Below, one piece after another: positions 14,201-25,887 of a stretch of 64,000 bases of DNA. The stretch covers positions 12,834,001 to 12,898,000 of the forward strand of contig OU015567.1 in assembly GCA_907165135.1 (NCBI GenBank), given 5' to 3'. The translations under genes and the position numbers were made by a program. This DNA comes from Oikopleura dioica (lineage: Eukaryota; Animalia; Chordata). The notes under the pieces are model-generated. The model saw nothing but the letters and a program-made list of their open reading frames with translations, did not search any database and was not told the DNA's origin. Position 1 is the first letter of the stretch. Each line of letters starts with the position of its first letter.

Positions 14201-15424
14201 GCTTATCGGCGCGGGAAATTATTTTCAATTAAAAATCTCTCAAATTTGCGTTTAACAATAATTGCTCGTTTGAAGCGCTACAGTAAAAAATCAAAACACA
14301 GTTCTTTTTGCGTGAGATAAAATGCTGGGTGGACAAAAATGTTGTAAGGCGTTGCAAATCTGTAATTTCAACCCAAAAGGGCAGTCAGGAGATTTTCCCG
14401 GCTTCTGGAGGTAATCTTTTCTGATCCAGCCGTGAGAAAATTAGCTGTCAGATCACGAATAATGACCGCCAGGTCACACACGCCAGCGTTGTCAAACAGT
14501 AACTGACCGGCCTCACCGCGTAACCAACTTCATTTCGCTGTCTTCTTTCATCGAACATTACTATTATCATTCCCATACTCGGCCATGGAAACGCACGAAT
14601 TCGACGGTCATTTGGACCCGTGCGGTATGCGAAACAATAGAACGTGCGAGATTTTTTGGGCGAACTGCGACTCACAAGAAAAATTCCGAAATGAATGAGG
14701 AATGCGAAAATTTAAACGTGTTTCTTTGTTCTGAGAAATTTTATGGATATGTACGCGTAGACATCTTTTTTAGAGTTTTTAATATGGCATAAACATTTCG
14801 GAGTGCTTATCAAATTTGTTTGACAAAGAACGTCGTCCTCGACTTTCAGCTGCTCTTGCCGGAAAGAGTCCTCGTTAAAAACGTGTCTGTATTATTTTAC
14901 ATCGAGAGCGCTATCGAGATGACTATGTTCTGCTTGTTTTAATAATTTAATTCTAGATCTGGGCGACTGTTCTCTGCGTTGCCGACCTTCCCGATCGATG
15001 GGTTTCCTTCCTCCACACAGTTGGCATGTTCTGTTTCGCTGTCGGCGCCCATTTCAACCGCTTCTCTGGCTGGCTCTATGCAACTCCCATAATTCTCGGC
15101 CTTGTGATCATCTTCTTTCACTGGTGTTACCAATGCAAGCAGCGGCGCGACTGCTACCCGCCGAAGAGTGCCTGGTGGTGCCACATTCTTCCTGGCTGCC
15201 TTTTTGCCGCTGGAGGTTTTCTCTCGAAATTGGTGTTCGAAAAAGAAGGCCACCATCCAAATGGAAACTATTTCTGGACTCATACATTGTGGCATTGTTG
15301 CATCGGCCTGAGCTGCGCGTTCTTACTCCCCTCGATCAATTACGAGGCGGATAAATTATACAACCCGGACCCGAATCTAATAAGCTACTACAAATCTTTT
15401 GACGAGCCTCATTTCGAGCCCTAA
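2278..15424 (+). CDS. TMEM8: TMEM8/PGAP6-family membrane protein (luminal domain, EGF-like domain, 7-TM CREST-type domain); 5' end and exons between 3980 and 8894 unresolved
   Basis: Phase-compatible exons 2278-2633, 3730-3979, 8895-9076, 9538-9760, 13702-13806, 13927-14099, 14957-15424. The EGF is split across a 3.9-kb intron (CPENCG...CKCKA|GYKGVAC). Family motifs LLLTLSNLFFLP, STMYHACD, LQFSDF, IWATVLC and HTLWH are present. The EGF and luminal region argue for TMEM8A/B rather than myomaker. Confidence 0.85.
3269..3530. mobile_element. Palindromic MITE-like element (about 115-bp inverted arms, short spacer) in a TMEM8 intron
   Basis: CACCAGCCGGTCGTCGTACGGGAACGAGAGTAGG... at 3269 is mirrored by ...CCTACTCTCGTTCCCGTACGACGACCGGCTGGTG ending at 3530, with few mismatches. 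No TSD found. Confidence 0.75.
9880..10041. mobile_element. 162-bp MITE with about 45-bp imperfect TIRs
   Basis: GGGGGTAGCGTCAGGAAC...AAATTTCGACAAATTT is mirrored by AAATTTGTCGAAATTT...GTTCCTGACACTACCCCC. Flanked by the direct repeat TTTTTAA at 9873-9879 and 10042-10048. Confidence 0.75.
11587..12961. mobile_element. Non-autonomous hAT-type DNA transposon (1375 bp)
   Basis: 12-bp TIR CAGGGTTCTAAA. Perfect 8-bp TSD ATCCTGAC (11579-11586, 12962-12969). Subterminal arrays of TGTCCG/CGGACA. No transposase ORF. Confidence 0.9.
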
Positions 15425-15863
15425 TTTAACCAATTTCAACGGCTGGAGAATGTACTTTTCCTCGTCACTTACGAGCTAGTTACGAGCCTATCATTATTTC
15501 AGAATTATCAATCCCGGACCGTTACTTTGTAAATATAAAATCCCTAAGTCGGTATTTTCTCATTCCGAGGGGGAATGTTCTTCTCGTTTACCACAAAGCG
15601 CACTATCTTCACGAATACAGTAATAATCACTTCCGGTAAGTATGGAAGACAAAAAAAAGATTCAACGAAAACCACAAGTACAGTAATGAAAAAGATACTG
15701 GTACGAAGAGTACCAAAAGTTTCAATCCACTTCAATTCTATAAAGTTCACTTCTCTCTTTCTGTAAATCTGCATTAATAAATAATATTACAAACTGACAG
15801 TTTTTTCAAAGGTTATAATGAATATGTTTACCGCTCAAATAAATAAATTTTTCTATACAGTTC

Positions 15864-16830
15864 TCAAACCAAGTAAATATTGAGAAAATTGTCGAGCCCG
15901 GCTCTTCTGTTGCAAATTGGACATCTGGATTGATTTCTATAAATATTTTTCATCGAAAATCATGTGATCTAATTATATATTCATGTCAATAGAATAGAAC
16001 GAAATATAAATTGACCAAATATTAAATGAAACCTTATGATATGCTCAAGACAGGAACTTCCAAAAACATGTCCACAAGTTGTAAGAGCTGTAGAACAGTG
16101 ATCCATTGAATCGTATTCTCTAAAAAATTTGTCTTCAGATTGATTTTTGCGTTTTAACCAACTCTAAACAAATTTGACAGAGGCATCTTTCATCATTTTC
16201 AATTTGATGATTTTCCAGCTCAGCTTCAAGATTTTCTATGCGTTTTTGAAGATTTTTAATCTCAAAATTTTTGCGTTCGATTTTTTCATCAAATTTTGAA
16301 TATTGCTGTAATTTTCTTTCATAATCCTCAATTTTTGTTTCATATTCTTGTCGTAGATTTCTCAGATAAGCGATGGTTTTTGCGTGTCCTCTTATAACTC
16401 CATTCAAATTTTGAACTCCATTTTTCAATGTCTGATTTTCAGATTTGATTTTCGCCAGTTCAGCTTTCAAATTAGCATTTTCTTGATGATCATTTAACTC
16501 TGATGATTGCACTTCCATGATTTGACCTGTTGGAGGGCGGAGCATATCTATTTTTCCATTATTGATATTTATGCCACCATTGACAGTTACAGTATTTTGA
16601 TTCCCACTTGATCTATTGACGATTCCCGGCAAAATTGACTGTGTTCCAGTATTATATATATTTATTCCACCATTTATCGTGAGAACATTCTGGTTTCCAC
16701 TCAACTTACTGACGATTTCGGGTAGAGTCGATGAAGCTCCAGCCTGATTTATATTTATGCCGCCATTGAGCGTTACAACATTACGATTCCCACTTATTTT
16801 GGGAATTTCGGGTAAGCGTGTCCAACTCAT
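15864..16830 (-). CDS. 275-aa protein: three N-terminal ~30-aa repeats, coiled coil, C-terminal modified RING finger (C3HGC3, RFWD3-type)
   Basis: Exons 16830-16163, 16119-16033, 15936-15864 total 828 nt with GT-AG introns. Splicing restores CQICLEEYDSMDHCSTALTTCGHVFGSSCLEHIIRNQSRCPIC. Confidence 0.8.
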
Positions 16831-17034
16831 TATTTTGATTTTGTTTTGCCACTTTTCTCTTCCAATTTTATATACGAACGCTCGATTCCTAATACTGAGC
16901 GTTGGTAGGAAAATTTGATCTCAAAATTAAATATTGTAAATAGAAACGCATCTATAAGTATGCTAGTGACAAACAAAAGAGACTGCGATAAGAGATGACG
17001 ATCGTCACTTGTAAATAAAATAAAATTTATTATT

Positions 17035-19224
17035 CTAGCAGACATAATCGTGCGCCCACGAGTACGAGTTACTCTCATCAGCGAGCAAAGAACAGCAGTG
17101 CGAATTAATAGATTCACAAATATTTAGCTCAATGATCATGTTTTTGATGGAACGCGTGAAGGTCCGTTCCCATTTGGCAGTTTGAGCAGGGTAGACTTCC
17201 CGGACAGGCGTTTTTCGCGAAGTTCCTGAAAAGAACTCGTAACATGTTAGAAATGCTTCCGAAGGGTACCCTTAGCAGCGTTTAAACAGTGGCGGATGGG
17301 CATCTCCAAGCAAGGAAAGCCCTTTTCTTCCGGTACAAAGAACTTGAAGTAATCTTTTTCGATGCGCAAGAAATCCATGAGCTTGCCCCATTCATAGTTA
17401 GGATTACTGATCATGTTTTCTCCATCGCCAACATACACGTTCTCTGGTCTAAACAGTCGTCCCCGCTGGGATTAAAAGCGGATAAAGTAAACGAACCCGA
17501 AAACCTCGAGATAAGGAGCCAGGTAAGGCGCGTAAGAAGCAAAGCCAGACTCGTGTCCGTTCTCGTAGAGACGGTCCAGCGTTTTCGTGAAGTGAAGAAT
17601 CGCCTGAAAGAGAGCGTACGTAGTCGGTTTTCCGAAGAAACGTTTTAACCTTATCAAGGGGCCCAGAAAGACAGCTTTTACAGTGGAGCTTTTCGCCTTC
17701 TTCTAGTCGCGATGTTCTGTCTGCTTAGGGTGATCACTTTGAAAATACTTTTTAAATTTCTAAAACTTCGAGAGTTTCTTTTGCTTTTTGCGCAGTAATT
17801 AAACGAATTTCCCGTTGCCATTGAAAATGTTTATTTTCTTGTTGTATCGTATCCTGTGGTTTTCACTAGAACTGGAAATATATACGCGCATATTGACACA
17901 AAATACGAATCGTTTATTTTCCAGCTTATTTTCCATCTTTGTAACGAGCTTTTCTAATACGCCCGATTTGAAGTACACTTTATAATGATACATTTTACTT
18001 TGTAAAACATGGAATACTTAGTAGCAATTTACGAAGTTAAAACCCTGTGACTGCAGTTCTCCTTGCTTTCATCCTGAAATTAGGAGATTAAAATGTTGGT
18101 TAGGAAATCATCGATACCGTACCGAAGCTGAGAATACGCTCGTTTGACAGGGTCACAAACGATCGCCACGAGCTTGACGTTTGGATTGATGATCTTCATT
18201 GCCAAGGCTCGCTTTTTTCGAATATAGTCTTTTCCTCCAGCGTATTGTGGCGATTTCTCAATCAAAAGCTCATCATCAGCAGCTCTCGGGAGGCGAGAAG
18301 CGTAAATTTTTCGATGTCGGTCAAGTGCAGCGACGTTGCCGGTCTTGTTGGCATTGATGATGTCGTCCAGGACCGACTCTTTGTCGAAAAATCGAGGTTC
18401 ATTCGTGCGAAAAGTCGCTGCATAAAAAGTCATTAGGTGCTGTTTACAAAACTGTGCTTACCAGATGGATGACAATCCAAAAACGCCAACGCCCCAGTGC
18501 CACACTTGGCGAAGCCAATACCGATGATATCTGGTACACGGTTCCTCAATGTTTGAGTGCTCTAGAAATTTCGTTGAAAAGATCACACGAACAAGCGTGT
18601 GATATTAATTAGTAATTAATAATTACCCTTCGAATTTCCATCGGACACGCATGCTCCAGCAACTTGTCGTCATAATACGCTTTATCCCTTTTGTAAAGTT
18701 TAACTTCATCTTATTTTTAAAATCAAGAAAATCAGTATCAGTAGAACCAGGAGCAGATTCTATTGCTAAAGATATGGATAAATATTAGCTTTGCCTAATC
18801 TCTTCTCGAATAATCGTCGTTGGTTCAAGATTGGAAGAAACATAGGCGCGATCATAAGGCGACACATTGTTCAGAATATATTCATTGACTTCCTCCATGT
18901 TGTCAGAGTTGTATCTTCGCTCAGCATAATTCAAAGGAATGGTTTTTTCTTTGCCAGTGACATCATCTTTGTGCCATAAATTGGTGCCAAAGAAGATGAA
19001 TTCTGCCTGTGTAACAGTACTTTATTGAGCTTTCGAAATTTGAAAAAATTATTTGAAATGAAAATCAAGTAAAAAACAGAGAAATCAAGTTTTTGAATTT
19101 TCTCAAAATTTGAACTTTGTTGTTTGTTTTTCTTAGAAGCTCTCTATTCCAATCTGGCTTGGCGCCATGAACTTTCAAAAACCCAATCCCTGAAGACAAC
19201 AAAGAGCAAAATAGCCGAGACCAT
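17035..19224 (-). CDS. Type II Golgi sulfotransferase of the heparan sulfate 3-O/NDST-like fold; 5' end approximate
   Basis: 5'-PSB loop PDIIGIGFAKCGTGALAFLDCHP, plus EPRFFD, EKSPQY, KLVAIVCDPVKRAYSQ, VDGENMISNP and KGFPCL...CLNAAKG. Last exon ends SWAHDYVC* (TAG at 17035-17037). Candidate TM exon MVSAILLFVVF at 19224. Confidence 0.8.
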
Positions 19225-19790
19225 TACGCTCCTCCTTTCTTGCAGTACTTCTTAAATCTCTCTTTAGAACGTCAAAAAGTAAAAACTTTGAAGATGTCAA
19301 ATTTACCAAAGTGAAAGTTTGTTTGTTTACATTTGTATTTGGAGTTACAAGAGCATTGTTTAGTTTGGAACCGGTCCGGTACAGAGAACGAAATGCCAAA
19401 GAATGTTACGATTACGCGTGTTTATTGTGATGAAACCCCAGGAAAATCTCTCCAAACTTACTGTAGAAACATATTTTTCTCTTCATTCAGTTCTCTCTTT
19501 CATGATGTTAATTGCAGATCAAGTCATAAAAAACGTCACTATACTGCGTTTCTTCCTTTTAATACTTGACTTCGTAATCAAACCGGAGGCCGATGAAGAA
19601 ACTCAATCGTTAAAGCTGCCCGTAAATAATCAAATGTAACCGTATCCGCGCAGGAAGGATTTCATAAGGAGTGACAATAGAACGATTTATGTTTCAGACG
19701 TATCCCGTTACTACATAACGCCGAAAGACTCCTCAAAACATTCAATCAATCATTTTTATTAAGTTTTATTACAAAAGCAGTAAAATATGC

Positions 19791-22700
19791 TCACTCATTA
19801 ATATTTATATATGTTGGGTCAAAAAAGCCAAATCGTGCTCTTGCTTCCTCAATATTTTCAATTTGCTCGAATTCTTCAAAGAAATCTTCCGCTGGAACAT
19901 GTTCCAGACTCAGCTCTTGTCCTGAACTCGTCCTGTTCGATTCGTTTCCTTCGACAACAACGAGGACTATCTTTTTGTTCTCAGTAATGCTTGTTTTGAA
20001 AACGCCGGCGATTTCTTCTTTTGTGATTTGTTTGAGGTAAGAGACTTCAAAATCGACTCTGTCGAATCGGTATTCGCCCTTGGCGATTTCTGCGTTCCAG
20101 TCTTCGAAATCTTCATCAGAGCTGTGTTTTGCGTAGAGAAGACCTTCTCGATGCTCTTAAATCGGGGGTTGGAAGGTAAAAAACGCATCAGGTATTCTTA
20201 CCGTTGAACTTTTCATCCGACAAGTTATTAACGAACTCTTCCATCTCCTTGATAAAATCAAGGACGTGACCATGAATTTCTTTGACAGAAAATTTATCTT
20301 GTTGAGAAACGATGGATATGCCGATGCCAACCATCCCAGAGATGATTTCAAGTTGAATATCCACTGAATATCCAAGACACTTCTTTGTTCTGAGAATATC
20401 GAAGCATGGCTCTTCAAGAATCGTGACCAAGAGTTGATTTTTTATGCATTCTTTGATGGTGACATGACCGACGTGCCAGTGGATGTTGTAGCTTGTGTTG
20501 ACATCAGTTGGGTTGACATTTTTGGTGATGATGACTGACGGCTTATCAGGAACTTGAAGGATTTTTGAGAATCGTCTTGTGAGGCGATGTGGTTCAATGT
20601 TTTGATTCTTTGAGCCGAAGTTTTTGAGGAAAGATCTAATGATCTGGAAAACCGGTTTTTGACCTAAAAGATCTAAGAACACGCGGCTTTTGCTTTCTGG
20701 GATACCTGTGAACTGTTCCATAACTCGATGAAAAATCTTTCTTGCTTCTTTGATGTAGTAGTTTCCTTGGATTTGAAATGAGAGGAAGTAATCGTTTCTT
20801 TTTAGAGATCAGAAACTATGAAGGCTTTTTATTGGAGATTAATGGTTTATATCCGCGCTTGTATATCAATCTTTTCCTGTATGATTTAACGAACTCGATC
20901 AACTCCTCAAGAGTAACTGATTCGAGAGCCTTTATTCTCTCGATGAGAGGAAAATTCGTGCTCTTGAGGAATGACATTTTCAAATCTTCTGAAAGATCCT
21001 CCGGGTTTTGAATTTTTGTCTTGTAATCTTGAAGAAATTGAGCTTTGATCGAGTCAAATTCAGATTGCGATGGCTGAAAGTTCATCATTTGGCGAATTGT
21101 TTCTTCGAGTAGCAAGCTTTTCTGGTTAAAAAAATTTTATTTTCATGAAAAACTAGCATTAGAAACCAGCCTTAGTTTGTCGTTTATTCCTGTGAGTTTC
21201 AGGTTGACCGTGTTCGTATCTGGTTTGATTTCGATAGTGAGAAGGGCTATCTCAGCATCACTTATTTCGTCATCCATTGTTCGAGTGAGAATATACGGGA
21301 AGAATTCATGAATCGCCATGTTTCTAGCGCCCTCAAACGGCAGACTCGATCGTACTAAAAGTGAGATAGTTGCTCGAGGAAGATTTGAATCGCCTTCTCC
21401 TTTGAACCAAAGCTCTCCATATTCTGTGTGCTCGATTTTCTGAATTGCGTCCCAGTCAGTACTCGGCTCGTCGTCTTTGATCGTCAGATCGGTAGCAAGA
21501 TACTTGTTCGACGATGGAATGGAGAACTCACTTTCCCTGGAAGGAAAAAGTAGACAGTACCACCCGCACTGTTCATTCTGTTTCAATCCCTTCCTAAGAG
21601 GCTCACTTTGTTTCCAGCTGGCTATTGTTGCTTCATTCAAATCTTCGATCGAGTATTTCCCGCCCATCCATTTCTCCTCGTGTTCAGTCGCATTTTCGAA
21701 TTTCTTAGAGCTCAAAATCAAGGTGCATCTTTCTGGTGCAAGATATTCAAGAACTTCATCGAGTTTCTCAGAATCGTAGTCGAACAATATGTAGTCGCCA
21801 TCGAGCCACCTGGTAGAATCATCAATGTACTGCATTGTTTCGACAATATCGGTACAGTTAGCAAGGGGCTCTCCTTCTTCCTTGCTGTTCCAGCCAATAT
21901 TATCAACGGCTTTAATTTCTTCGAAAATACGCGCCTTTTCTACTTCTGGCTGCGCTCTAACCAAAGCAAGATAACTGAAGATTGCCTGAACGACTTGTTC
22001 CCAATTGGCGAGACCGGATTCTGTAAGACGGAGTTGTATTCGAATGCGAGAATGGAACTTGTTTTCTTCGATTTCGATCTCTTTCAGGTCATTAGCCCAG
22101 TCGTTTTGCTTGAGATAGTACAAGAAAGAACCTTACCATTGATGACATGAAATACGATTATTTAAATACAAAAGGTTTGATAAATAACGAAAGTCACCAT
22201 TCCTTTTCCACGATGTTTGAGAAGCCAGCTGTAGAACTTGAGCGGCTTGATTCTATGAAGATCAATTTGAGGTGGAATACTCCAAATGATATCCATCAAG
22301 TTTCCATCGGCAACGGGAACGTACTTTATCAGCTTAGAAACATTCTGATCTTCGTATGCGGAACCGATCGACCAGTCCGGTTCGTCCAAGGGGGTAGTAA
22401 GATCGCGAGTAGGGATTTGTGAAAAAATGTCTTCAACCCACTGTTGCATGTCATCGAGTGAATGAGGGCTCTATTTCAGGCTTAGAACCAGGGTTCGGTA
22501 ATTTGAGCTCAAGCTAAAACTCATTTTGGCTAGACGCTCAAATTTCCTCAAATTGAGAACTCAAAGTGACTTGAGAAATCATTTTGAGAAGATTTGAGAG
22601 TTTTGAGTTTTTGGGAGATTTGAGAGTTTTGAGTTTTCAAAACTCAAATTAAGCGAGCGCTTCCTTGATTGGCTCATGGATCGCCAGAATTGATTTCTCA

Positions 22701-23747
22701 CGCGAGCTCTCATCTCTGAGTTCTCAAAACTCAAATTAAAAAACGTGAGTCTCAACTTGAGAGACTCTCAAGCTTTGTTTCCTTGAGTTTTAGCGTGAGC
22801 TCAAATTACCGAACCCTGCTTAGAACATTGAAAATTTACTCTCGAATTCGATGATTTTATCCTTTCCTGAAGAGCGAGTTTCATAAATTTTGACGAATAA
22901 TTTCGGGGAAACCATTCGTGAAGCATTTCAAAGGCAGACTTGCCGATTTCTCTCGGATCTTCAATCAGGCTCTTTTTGTTTCCCCAGTTGAAATTACTTT
23001 GCGGATGGTCTTTTTTCAAAATCGCTTCTTGTAAAATCTGTTCTCTGCGGCAATCGTCATCCATTTTACTGACTTCAAATTCTGAGTGCACTGCAGTGAC
23101 TTTTTTGGATATAAAAATTTATTATAGTTCTTGGTTGCATAATTTTATATCTGATTCCTTCGCGTTCTATAGATTCTTCCTTCATCAACGGGTCGATAAA
23201 ATAATGTGCCCAGATGTCTAGTGCTTCTTGAAACTTATCCGGAGCCACCTCAAAATGATAATTCGTATATTCCGCCTCAGTGAAAGCATTAGAATCCCCT
23301 GAATTTCGAGCGAGAAGCTGTTCGAGCTCATTTTCATCTGGATATTTTGTAGAGCCCATAGAAACCATATGTTCGCAAATATGTGCAAGTCCTTGGCACT
23401 CGGCCTTTTCGTGAAAGCTTCCAACGTTGACTACCATCGAAGCAGCGGCCATTTTTCGACACTTATCTTCCTCTTCATCATCATCACAATCTTCCCAATC
23501 TGAACCTCCGTCCTCTTCTTGCTCGCTTCCCATAGAACTTACACAGGTACTGAATAATCAGATTAATATCAGCTACTGTATCTCGTATCGTTTACCTCTG
23601 ACTAACAAAGCTCTGAGCATTCATACTCGAAGCATCAATGTCCACTTCCGAAACCAAAAGTGCGAGTAAGCCATTATCAAGCTCAATGGCTCGGTAGAGC
23701 TTTTTATCGGACGCAGATTTTTCAGGTCCAGGGAGGATTTTCACCAT
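19791..23747 (-). CDS. NRDC: Nardilysin (M16A metalloendopeptidase), multi-exon
   Basis: N-terminus KSASDKKLYRAIELDNGLLALLVSE, acidic stretch EEDGGSDWEDCDDDEEED ahead of AAASMVVNVGSF, and inverted zinc motif GLAHICEHMVSMGSTKYPDEN. Further matches: NWGNKKSL, EILEEPCFDILRTKKCLGYSV and C-terminal WNAEIAKGEYRFDR. Stop TGA at 19791-19793. Confidence 0.92.
22489..22818. mobile_element. hAT-type MITE (330 bp) inside a nardilysin intron
   Basis: 35-bp TIR CAGGGTTCGGTAATTTGAGCTCA(A/C)GCTAAAACTCA. Perfect 8-bp TSD CTTAGAAC (22481-22488, 22819-22826). Confidence 0.92.
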
Positions 23748-23846
23748 CAACCTTCGGAGAGCCAAAATTATAAAACTGTCGGCAAACCATATCGACTAAC
23801 AACACTATCTTTGAAAGGTCTCCGGTCTTCTAGAGAACCGGCTTAA

Positions 23847-24536
23847 GGGATCCCCCCCTGATTTCGCCAACTTTGACCTCTATCTACTTTTTTTTGAGCT
23901 TACGTAGGAAGCTGGTGTTAGGCGCATTAGAAAGCCCGCTTTAAAAGGAGCAAATTCTGGTAGAATCAGCTTGCCAGCATAACATTCGCTTATGCATTAC
24001 AGGCCGTCAAAGTGATTAAAGTTGGCGAAAATGGCTATTTTTGACCATTTTCAAATCGTATCTACTTTTTTTGGGGCTTTTTAATCACCAATATTTTTGC
24101 TTCTATAGATAGCTCAGAGCCTAAACTTAATATTCTGGTAGAACCAGCATAATTGGATGAGTGAAAAAAATTTTCCTAGTTGTAGAACTTTTTGGAGCCA
24201 TTTTTGGCATTTTTTTTGTGGTTAAATGCTCTCTAGCGCCAACAAATAGCCGAAGATTCTAGTGCGGATATCATATTCGTAATCAGCACATTCTAAGCTT
24301 TCGATCAACCCCTAACTTGTCCTCTTTTGATAACGATGAAAAATTGAAAATAATCGCGATTTTCACGCTAAGTACAAATTACATGCATTTTCCCAAACTT
24401 TGGAGGCCAAAATTTTTGGGACGCATTTATGTAGAGGGGTACTATAATATATCAAAATGATCCTCAGAACACGAGGAATCTAATGATAGGCGAAAATGAG
24501 CTGTGCCAAAGTTTTGAAAAATCGGGGGGTGATCCC
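23847..24536. mobile_element. 690-bp non-autonomous DNA transposon with TTAA target duplication and GGG...CCC ends (Kolobok-like rather than piggyBac)
   Basis: TTAA|GGGATCCCCCCCTGATTTCGCCAACTTTG ... CAAAGTTTTGAAAAATCGGGGGGTGATCCC|TTAA. TIRs are imperfect. Confidence 0.7.
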
Positions 24537-25119
24537 TTAATTATATAGACTTTTATGTTACATAATGCATTAATGTTTTTTGATAAAATGAAAATGACAA
24601 ACGATTTTAGTTTTCCCTTCTTTGAGCAAACGGAACGTCTCCAGAACAAGCAGGACATTTCCCTTCAAAAAAGTTTCGAGAACGAATATTTATCGCTGGA
24701 GCAGATACGAAGGGAAAGATCAGACCAGAGCCGAGTTACTCATTTCGCACCGAGCGGATTCGCTAAAAACAAGCAAGAGACATTCAGAGCTGATATTTCC
24801 CCTGCGCGAGTTATTTCCTACAAATACGGAGATTTCTCTATCAGAGAAAATGAACGGCGCTTTTCTTGGGCAGTTACGAAATCAAGGAAAGATCCTCATT
24901 ACTTCGTAAACAAGTAGTTCGTCTATCAGACTAAAACTTTTTATTTACTCAAATTTTATTTATTTTATCATAAAAAGAGATCCTCAAAAGGCATTGAACC
25001 TGCCTTTGTTTGCAAGAAATCAAGCTCTCCCGATGCTGATACCAAGTTCATCTGCCACGCCCGTCTCAAATTCATAAGAATTAAACGCCATAATTACATA
25101 ATTACGTAAAACCAAGTTT

Positions 25120-25626
25120 TTGAGACCCACAAAAAGCTTCTACTGCCGGAATATACCGCGTCGACTTTTCAGCCACAAATTCTCAACAAAATCTTACTCT
25201 GATGAACCTCCCGTCGAAACTGGACGACTATGTGAAAAGCTTCTTTGTGAAAAATGCCAAGGACAGTATTCTATGAGCCTTTGTACGAGTTTTTCTTGCC
25301 GAGCAAAAGTTTATGAAGACTGATCAGTTGATAAACGAAATGGAAAGTGTGGACTTGATGGCTGCGAGTTTAGAATCATCAGAAGCGGATTCAAACAAGT
25401 TGATCATCTCAAACATATAAAATTCAAGTGTCCGATGGGAAATTGCGAAGCGAAATTGAGCTTCGAAGGATTTTGTATTCATGCTTCAGAAGGATGCCAA
25501 GCAAAGCCACTTCGAAAAAAGGAGATTCCCCTGGAAGAAACTGGCTTTCTTCGAAAAGACAAAAACAACAATAACTTTCAGCTTCAATCTTACGAGGGTC
25601 AGTCTTCCATGATTTCCAGCATCTAA
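25120..25626 (+). pseudogene. Cys-rich RING/TRAF-SIAH-like zinc-finger reading frame interrupted by one in-frame TGA; the 24555-24917 ORF and a 25630-25770 exon may belong to it
   Basis: ORFs 25120-25323 and 25435-25626 are in the same frame and 25324-25434 is open: LLCEKC..LCTSFSCRAKVYED*SVDKRNGKCGLDGC...HIKFKCPMGNCEAKLSFEGFCIHASEGC. Confidence 0.45.
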
Positions 25627-25887
25627 ACATGATTTCAGACGACGAACAAACGAATATGGTTCATGCGATGCCAAAGCGACCTCCAGTGACAAGAATTGAG
25701 GATGAAAATCTTGGTCGATCTATGGAAAGTCTCAAACTTCGCGATGAGGGTTCCGAAAAAGAAAGGTAATAAAGCGGGCTGTCTAAGAGACAGGCTTATC
25801 TCAGGTCTAGAAAGAAACGAAGCAATATTAATTCTTGATTCAAGATCTCTTACCGGTTTTCAAATATCGAATCTTCATTCTTCAAAA

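Noticed and set aside
13908-15424. Myomaker (TMEM8C) assignment
   Set aside because: Upstream EGF and luminal exons splice in frame, which myomaker lacks.
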